4,387 nt of DNA, taken from IMG/VR virus record IMGVR_UViG_2703719367_000020; one strand, given 5' to 3'. Each line of letters begins with the position of its first letter. The first letter of the stretch is position 1. The stretch comes from a virus (Duplodnaviria > Heunggongvirae > Uroviricota > Caudoviricetes). The notes beneath the pieces were generated by a model. The model saw nothing but the letters and a program-made list of their open reading frames with translations, searched no databases and was not told where the DNA came from. Of this stretch, positions 1 through 4,387 are shown piece after piece. A program made the translations under genes and the position numbers.

Positions 1-498
1 CTGCCCCGCGGACAGCAGAAAGAGGCTCTGCTTGCGTCAGCCGCGCTGCCCCTGTTGTTCCGTCCCCGTGAGGTTCAGGGGACAATGTTCGGTGATGGTG
101 GTATGGGAGGATGGCGAAATATGCAGGGAAATACCCCTGTAACGCCTCTGGTCGATGCCGGATGCAATATGGTGATTGTGACGCATCTGAGTGACGGTTC
201 TTTATGGGATCGCCAGGCTTTTCCGGACACCACAATCCTTGAGATCCGTCCCCGGAAAAGGTTGAAACATGCAGGTGATGGTGGCAACAGTGGCGGTCTG
301 CTCAGTTTCACGTCGGCACATATTGACGCCTGGCGTCAGCAGGGCTACGAGGACACGATGCTGACGATGGAGCATATCCGGAAACCACTGGCGGCGCGTC
401 AGGCACTGACCCGGTCAGAGGCGGTATTACAGAAAAGCCAGGAGATAACTGAAGGTGCAGATTCGGCACTGAGAAACGCGATGGCCCGGATTAAATAA
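1..498 (+). CDS. 3' portion of an upstream gene, 5'-truncated by the window edge; hypothetical protein, product not assignable from this fragment (in related islands a GTPase gene occupies this position upstream of the DUF932 gene, but no G-motif is visible here)
   Basis: Frame 1 is open from base 1 to TAA at 496-498 with no upstream stop; the track's TTG start at 55 is probably internal. GC-rich codon usage like the DUF932 gene. Followed by an intrinsic terminator. Confidence 0.6.
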   Translation: MPRGQQKEALLASAALPLLFRPREVQGTMFGDGGMGGWRNMQGNTPVTPLVDAGCNMVIVTHLSDGSLWDRQAFPDTTILEIRPRKRLKHAGDGGNSGGLLSFTSAHIDAWRQQGYEDTMLTMEHIRKPLAARQALTRSEAVLQKSQEITEGADSALRNAMARIK

Positions 499-517
499 AG
501 ACACACCGGAGAAACGC

Positions 518-541
518 CACCGCCACTGTGGTGGTGTTTTT
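518..541 (+). terminator. Rho-independent terminator of the upstream gene
   Basis: CACCGCCA (518-525) pairs with UGGUGGUG (529-536), 8 bp with one G.U, 3-nt loop CUG, followed by TTTTT (537-541); begins 20 nt after the TAA stop. Confidence 0.6.
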
Positions 542-629
542 CTTATCTGGTGTTATTGAAAATATTTTCAGATAAATATTACCTGGATGATGGTTAAGAT
601 TAATTTATTTAATTTTGGGGAGAAATCTC

Positions 630-1087
630 ATGAAACTGTTAAACATTCTTTTAGCTGTTGTTTTAACTGTAAGTACAACCGTAGCACAAGCAGAATCGGC
701 ATTGTAGAAGCGTAACAGTGTTGCTGGCACCGATATGTTCAGTATCGGTAGTGTTTCTATTAACTGCACGATTAATCCAGAAGACAACAATTTGCTACCA
801 CATATGAGTGGATTTACGGTCATACCCCCACCCCGCTAAATCAGTACGATTCTGATATTATTTTTATCATCAACGGTAAAAAGTATTCGGCCCCACCTGT
901 CGACGGAACACGAATGAATAAGAATGCGTGGGTATACTTTATCGATGCTATCGGTGAAGCCACGAAGCTCGACGTTTTAGTAAACGGTAAGAAAGTCGAC
1001 AGCTATACCGCAAATATCAAAAATGAGAAAAAGACTTTGGGTAACAAATTCTACGGTAGCTGCTGGAACACCTGGTTCCAGGAATAA
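630..1087 (+). pseudogene. Disrupted gene for a small secreted protein: signal-peptide ORF ends at a premature TAG, and the C-terminal body is in a different frame
   Basis: GGGGAG (617-622) sits 7 nt before ATG 630. Translation 630-704 gives MKLLNILLAVVLTVSTTVAQAESAL, a Sec-type signal peptide with an AQA-E cleavage motif, then TAG 705-707. The same frame continues to TAA 837-839. A second frame is open from 776 to TAA 1085-1087 (…YDSDIIFIINGKKYSAPPVDGTRMNKNAWVYFIDAIGEATKLDVLVNGKKVDSYTANIKNEKKTLGNKFYGSCWNTWFQE) and has no ATG/GTG/TTG start before codon 914. Confidence 0.5.
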
Positions 1088-1097
1088 TTGATAACGT

Positions 1098-1122
1098 GGT
1101 GTAAAACACCTCAGTTTAATTT
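1098..1122 (+). terminator. Weak hairpin plus T-rich tract after the decayed gene; possible terminator
   Basis: GGTGT (1098-1102), loop AAA, ACACC (1106-1110), followed by tcagtttaattt. The stem is only 5 bp, so support is weak. Confidence 0.25.
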
Positions 1123-1211
1123 AATACAGTGAGTGAAAATGAATATCATAAAAATATTTTTGTTTTGGATGTCACATGTTTTATTAACTGAATGATTAAC
1201 AGGAGAATCAG

Positions 1212-1751
1212 ATGAACTGGCATTATGAAAAAAATGGTGTACGTTATGATAACGTAACAGAGGAAGATATTATCGAACGTATCCGGCGTGGTGAACTGAA
1301 TGCATCAACACTGGTGTGGCAACAGGGCATGCTGGAATGGCAGCCAGTTTCAGCCACATCACTGGCGGAAATACTGAAACAAAGTGAAGTTCCTCCGGCC
1401 CTTCCGGGTCACCGCATTCCCGGAGACGTTGTCTGGACGCTGGCATTTGCCCCTTTGATTGGGTACATACTTGAGATGTGGACTGCCGGGCTGAACGGTA
1501 TGTCATTTGAACGGGCTTATGATGCAGTCAGCGAAGGCCAGTACTGGTTTATCTCTCTGATTCTGAATATTGCTCTGGGATATCTGGATGAACGAAAACT
1601 CCGTAAATCTGGTGTTGATACCACAGCATTTGGCTGGCTGGCATGGCTGATCCCGGTTTATCTGTGGCGTCGGGCAAAGATCCTCGGGCAAAAACCTGCT
1701 TATTTCTGGGTCTGGCTGGTTATGCTGATACTGGTGTTATTTACGATCTGA
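1212..1751 (+). CDS. Membrane protein with an N-terminal GYF-like (DUF4339-type) domain and about four C-terminal transmembrane helices; function unknown
   Basis: AGGAGA (1201-1206) sits 5 nt before ATG 1212; 179 codons to TGA 1749-1751. The N-terminus WHYEKNGVRYDNVTEEDIIERIRRGELNASTLVWQQGMLEWQPV matches the recalled W-Y..NG..G.V.......G.L...TLVW..GM..WQP pattern. Hydrophobic segments: VVWTLAFAPLIGYILEMW, YWFISLILNIALGYL, AFGWLAWLIPVYLW, AYFWVWLVMLILVLFTI. Confidence 0.8.
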   Translation: MNWHYEKNGVRYDNVTEEDIIERIRRGELNASTLVWQQGMLEWQPVSATSLAEILKQSEVPPALPGHRIPGDVVWTLAFAPLIGYILEMWTAGLNGMSFERAYDAVSEGQYWFISLILNIALGYLDERKLRKSGVDTTAFGWLAWLIPVYLWRRAKILGQKPAYFWVWLVMLILVLFTI

Positions 1752-2020
1752 TATTCTTTCTCGCAGAGTTTGCTAAATAATCAGGTTATTAGTGTTCTTA
1801 ACAGGTAAATGATGTTCATCATGGAACGGATATATTTTATTTGATTCAGGAGACAGTCAGAAACATAGTATAAATATATCACCATGTTGAAGGTCATATC
1901 TTCAGGTATGTGTTTAATAAACAAGTCGGGGGTTAATCCTGACCTCTCGAGTGGATTATAAGTATTGCAGAAACAGTTTTTATACTTTTCTTTAATATCA
2001 GAAACAATGGAGTATTTATC

Positions 2021-2434
2021 ATGAAAAATATCATCACTATTTTAATGATTGCAGTTATCAGTTTCTTTACTGCTAATGTATCAGCAAACAATGCCGTTCC
2101 TTTACCGACCAACCTGACTGACGTTACTGACGGTACAGAATTCTGGTGTCAGGGTACTGATACTATCGACGGAGGTTGTGAATACCTGGGCACATCCAAA
2201 GACATGCAATACGGTCTGGTACACGCCATGGGGGGTACAGCGTGCTGGGATGGTTTATACGGCGTAATTAATTTCTATACCGGTAAAGCCCAGACCATCA
2301 AATACAACAACAATCAAAGTTGTGAAGGCAACATCACCGCCGGTTTCGTTACCCTAAAAAACGGTAAACCGGGCGTTAAACTTTACGACAATACGATTCA
2401 TAAGATTGTCGGGCTTGACGAAATCAAAATTTAA
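2021..2434 (+). CDS. Small exported protein with signal peptide and four cysteines; function unknown
   Basis: GGAG (2009-2012) sits 8 nt before ATG 2021; 137 codons to TAA 2432-2434. The N-terminus MKNIITILMIAVISFFTANVSA is a typical Sec signal peptide (cleavage likely after VSA). The mature part has Cys in WCQG, GGCEY, TACWD and QSCEG. AT-rich codon usage; followed by a terminator. Confidence 0.8.
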   Translation: MKNIITILMIAVISFFTANVSANNAVPLPTNLTDVTDGTEFWCQGTDTIDGGCEYLGTSKDMQYGLVHAMGGTACWDGLYGVINFYTGKAQTIKYNNNQSCEGNITAGFVTLKNGKPGVKLYDNTIHKIVGLDEIKI

Positions 2435-2488
2435 TGTATGAATTATAGTATCTTATCTGCGCGTTATTAATATCAAATGTAAATAAAT

Positions 2489-2519
2489 CCTCTGCCATAA
2501 TGGCAGGGGCTTTATTTTT
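2489..2519 (+). terminator. Rho-independent terminator of the exported-protein gene
   Basis: CCUCUGCCA (2489-2497) pairs with UGGCAGGGG (2501-2509), 9 bp with one G.U, loop UAA, then cTTTATTTTT (2510-2519). Confidence 0.65.
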
Positions 2520-2779
2520 ACCTGAAAATACATGACGGGCTGTACATTACTTTTATTTTCCGAAGATCCTTTCTCACGCAAACAGACAGTTGCTGTCATA
2601 ACAGCTTACCGCAATGTGTTTATCCAGGAATGCATTTCCGGCGGATTATCCGCAACGCGGAAGGTCAGCGACGCTGGCGCTGCCGGAATTCTGAACCCTA
2701 TGCAGGCAAACAACTTAATGCGTGGCTCACCAGTGAAGGGCTTCCCGGACAATAAACCTCATTCATTTCACCCATCAGG

Positions 2780-2809
2780 CCGCGTCTTCTCCGGGAGACG
2801 CGGTTTTTT
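2780..2809 (+). terminator. Strong intrinsic terminator or attenuator hairpin 35 nt upstream of the DUF932 start codon
   Basis: CCGCGUCUUC (2780-2789) pairs with GGGAGACGCGG (2794-2803), about 10 bp with one G.U and loop UCCG, followed by TTTTTT (2804-2809). Confidence 0.7.
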
Positions 2810-2844
2810 CATTTATACCGCTTAATCATTCATAAGGAGCAATT

Positions 2845-3663
2845 ATGCGATTAGCCAGTCGTTTTGGTTATACAAACCAGATACGCCGTGAACGTCCACT
2901 GACACATGAAGAGCTGATGCACTATGTTCCCAGTATTTTTGGAGAAGACCGGCATACCTCCCGCAGTGAACGCTATGCGTACATTCCCACCATCACCGTA
3001 CTGGAAAGTCTGCAGCGGGAAGGCTTTCAGCCATTCTTCGCCTGCCAGACACGTGTGCGTGACCCGGGTCGCCGGGAATACACAAAACACATGCTGCGTC
3101 TGCGCCGTGACGGGGAGATAACCGGACAACATGTCCCTGAAATTATTCTGCTCAACTCCCATGACGGTTCATCCAGCTACCAGATGCTGCCGGGTTACTT
3201 CAGATTCGTCTGCCAGAACGGCTGCGTCTGTGGTCAGTCTCTGGGAGAAGTGCGTGTTCCGCACCGGGGAAATGTGGTGGACAGAGTCATTGAAGGGGCT
3301 TACGAGGTGGTGGGCGTGTTTGACCGGATAGAGGAGAAGCGTGATGCCATGCAGTCGCTGGTCCTGCCGCCACCGGCACGCCAGGCACTGGCGCAGGCGG
3401 CACTGACTTACCGTTATGGTGACGAACATCAGCCCGTCACCACCGCCGACATTCTGACACCACGACGCAGGGAGGATTACGGTAAGGACCTGTGGAGTAC
3501 TTATCAGACCATCCAGGAGAATATGCTGAAAGGCGGGGTTTCCGGGCGCAGTGCAAAAGGAAAACGTATCCACACCCGTGCCATTCACAACATCGACACC
3601 GATATTAAGCTCAACCGCGCATTGTGGGTAATGGCAGAAACGCTGCTGGAGAGTATGCGCTGA
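2845..3663 (+). CDS. DUF932 family protein (YfjQ/YafZ-like, typical of CP4-type prophage-like islands)
   Basis: AAGGAG (2834-2839) sits 5 nt before ATG 2845; 272 codons to TGA 3661-3663. MRLASRFG…YIPTI…GFQPFFACQTRVRDP…HMLRLRR…PEIILLNSHDGSSSYQMLPG…RFVCQNG…EVRVPH…NRALWVMAETLL matches recalled E. coli DUF932 proteins. Family assignment is from memory, not a search. Confidence 0.88.
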   Translation: MRLASRFGYTNQIRRERPLTHEELMHYVPSIFGEDRHTSRSERYAYIPTITVLESLQREGFQPFFACQTRVRDPGRREYTKHMLRLRRDGEITGQHVPEIILLNSHDGSSSYQMLPGYFRFVCQNGCVCGQSLGEVRVPHRGNVVDRVIEGAYEVVGVFDRIEEKRDAMQSLVLPPPARQALAQAALTYRYGDEHQPVTTADILTPRRREDYGKDLWSTYQTIQENMLKGGVSGRSAKGKRIHTRAIHNIDTDIKLNRALWVMAETLLESMR

Positions 3664-3836
3664 TGAAACATATCCCTGAAGGCGTGATTCAGGTACCAGA
3701 ATCACCCGACGCCCCGGAGGCGCTGCCGGGGTGTCGTTCCATTTCTGATGATGACCTGTGCGCCTGGTGTACCCGTCTGCTTTACCGTCCCGGAGAACTC
3801 AGTCTGTGCAGACTGAGTACAGGCAATGGCATCTGA
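3663..3836 (+). CDS. Small hypothetical protein (57 aa), probably translationally coupled to the DUF932 gene
   Basis: ATG 3663-3665 overlaps the DUF932 TGA stop (ATGA at 3661-3665); GGAGAG (3648-3653) sits 9 nt upstream. Product MKHIPEGVIQVPESPDAPEALPGCRSISDDDLCAWCTRLLYRPGELSLCRLSTGNGI, stop TGA 3834-3836. The track's ATG 3624 start lies inside the DUF932 gene and is less likely. No family recognised. Confidence 0.45.
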   Translation: MKHIPEGVIQVPESPDAPEALPGCRSISDDDLCAWCTRLLYRPGELSLCRLSTGNGI

Positions 3837-4001
3837 CCATCCGTCTGTGACCGGAACGGTTACGCGTACGGCTGTCCGGAATTTCAGCCGAATATCATTC
3901 ATCCCTGATATTACCGGGGCTCACGGTCAGTGATGAACGTGATGTTGTCAGCCCCCGGCCTTTACTTCCTCGCATTTATTCACACTACAAGGATTTCACT
4001 C

Positions 4002-4387
4002 ATGAAAATCGTTTCTCAGAACACAACTGCTCTTTCTTCAGCCACAGTACCAGGGAATGACCAGCCCCAACTGGTTGCTACTCCCGTTCCTGATGAACAG
4101 CGCATCAGTTTCTGGCCGCAACATTTTGGCCTCATTCCACAGTGGGTGACCCTGGAGCCCCGTGTCTTCGGCTGGATGGACCGTCTGTGTGAAGACTACT
4201 GCGGTGGTATCTGGAATCTGTACACCCTGAACAACGGCGGGGCATTTATGGCACCTGAACCGGATGAAGATGATGACGAAAACTGGGTACTGTTCAATGC
4301 CATGAACGGTAACCGCGCTGAAATGAGCCCGGAAGCCGCCGGCATTGCCGCCTGTCTGATGGCGTACAGTCATCATGCCTGTCGTAC
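4002..4387 (+). CDS. Antirestriction protein, ArdB/KlcA family (YfjX/YafX-like), 3'-truncated by the window end
   Basis: AAGGA (3989-3993) sits 8 nt before ATG 4002; open to the window edge, so absent from the track. MKIVSQNTT…FWPQHFGLIPQWVTLEPRVFGWMDRLCEDYCGGIWNLYTLNNGGAFMAPE…MNGNRAEMSPEAAGIAACLMAYSHHAC matches the recalled family pattern. Confidence 0.85.
   Translation, partial: MKIVSQNTTALSSATVPGNDQPQLVATPVPDEQRISFWPQHFGLIPQWVTLEPRVFGWMDRLCEDYCGGIWNLYTLNNGGAFMAPEPDEDDDENWVLFNAMNGNRAEMSPEAAGIAACLMAYSHHACR

Larger units (their letters stand above)
545..2520. other. AT-rich cargo block inserted between GC-normal backbone genes
   Basis: Abrupt shift to A/T-rich sequence and A/T-ending codons after the terminator at 518-541, returning to GC-normal after the terminator at 2489-2519. 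Boundaries are approximate. Confidence 0.6.

Noticed and set aside
75-311. Minus-strand 78-aa ORF
   Set aside because: Lies entirely inside the GC-rich + strand ORF 1..498 on the opposite strand; Pro/Arg-rich product typical of antisense reading of GC-rich coding DNA; no ribosome-binding site.
556-600. Possible sigma-70 promoter (TTGAAA at 556-561 with downstream TATTAC/TTACCT) for the signal-peptide ORF
   Set aside because: The -10 candidates are poor matches and the region is so AT-rich that hexamer matches are non-specific; not reported as a feature.
605-823. Minus-strand 72-aa ORF
   Set aside because: Antisense to the signal-peptide ORF and decayed secreted gene; no convincing ribosome-binding site. 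The + strand reading, with strong SD and signal peptide, explains the region better.
1270-1691. Two minus-strand ORFs (1270..1506 and 1503..1691)
   Set aside because: Both are antisense within the well-supported DUF4339-membrane gene (1212..1751); no independent support.
2671-2681. Palindrome CAGCGACGCTG
   Set aside because: A perfect 5-bp inverted repeat with a 1-nt spacer is too short to fold stably or to call a protein-binding site without conservation data.
2532-2825. Plus-strand 97-aa ORF upstream of the DUF932 gene
   Set aside because: No Shine-Dalgarno before ATG 2532, and the reading frame runs through the strong terminator hairpin at 2780-2809. More likely a non-coding leader or small-RNA region.
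2851-3705. ORFs overlapping the DUF932 gene (minus 2851..3162, minus 3169..3705, plus 2924..3121, plus 3131..3331)
   Set aside because: Alternative-frame or antisense ORFs inside a strongly supported gene; long spurious ORFs are expected in GC-normal coding DNA.
3702-3902. Minus-strand 66-aa ORF
   Set aside because: Antisense to the coupled small ORF and the upstream region of the antirestriction gene; no ribosome-binding site, no recognisable features.
4038-4376. Minus-strand 112-aa ORF
   Set aside because: Antisense to the antirestriction gene, whose + strand translation matches a known family.
1-4387. Checked for CRISPR repeats, tRNA/rRNA, IS-element inverted repeats and long direct repeats
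   Set aside because: No regularly spaced direct repeats, no tRNA-like cloverleaf candidates and no transposase-like ORFs were evident by eye. A computational scan (tRNAscan-SE, ISfinder BLAST, self dot-plot) would be needed to exclude short or degenerate ones.

Overview
The window reads as a horizontally acquired island. A GC-normal backbone carries, on the + strand, the 3' end of an upstream gene (1..498), a DUF932-family gene (2845..3663), a small translationally coupled ORF (3663..3836) and the 5' part of an ArdB/KlcA-type antirestriction gene (4002..window end). Between the first two sits a visibly AT-rich cargo block of about 2 kb (roughly 545..2520), bounded by intrinsic terminators. 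It holds three + strand units: a decayed secreted-protein gene (intact signal peptide, then a premature TAG and a frame switch; 630..1087); a 179-aa protein with an N-terminal GYF-like (DUF4339-type) domain and four predicted transmembrane helices (1212..1751); and a 137-aa exported protein with four cysteines (2021..2434). The GYF-membrane protein and the exported Cys protein are the best candidates for an undescribed cargo function, but their function is unknown and any defence or toxin role is inference only. A strong terminator sits 35 nt upstream of the DUF932 start codon, suggesting a leader, attenuator or small RNA. No tRNA, rRNA, CRISPR array, IS element or integrase is visible. All family assignments rest on recalled motifs, not on a search.
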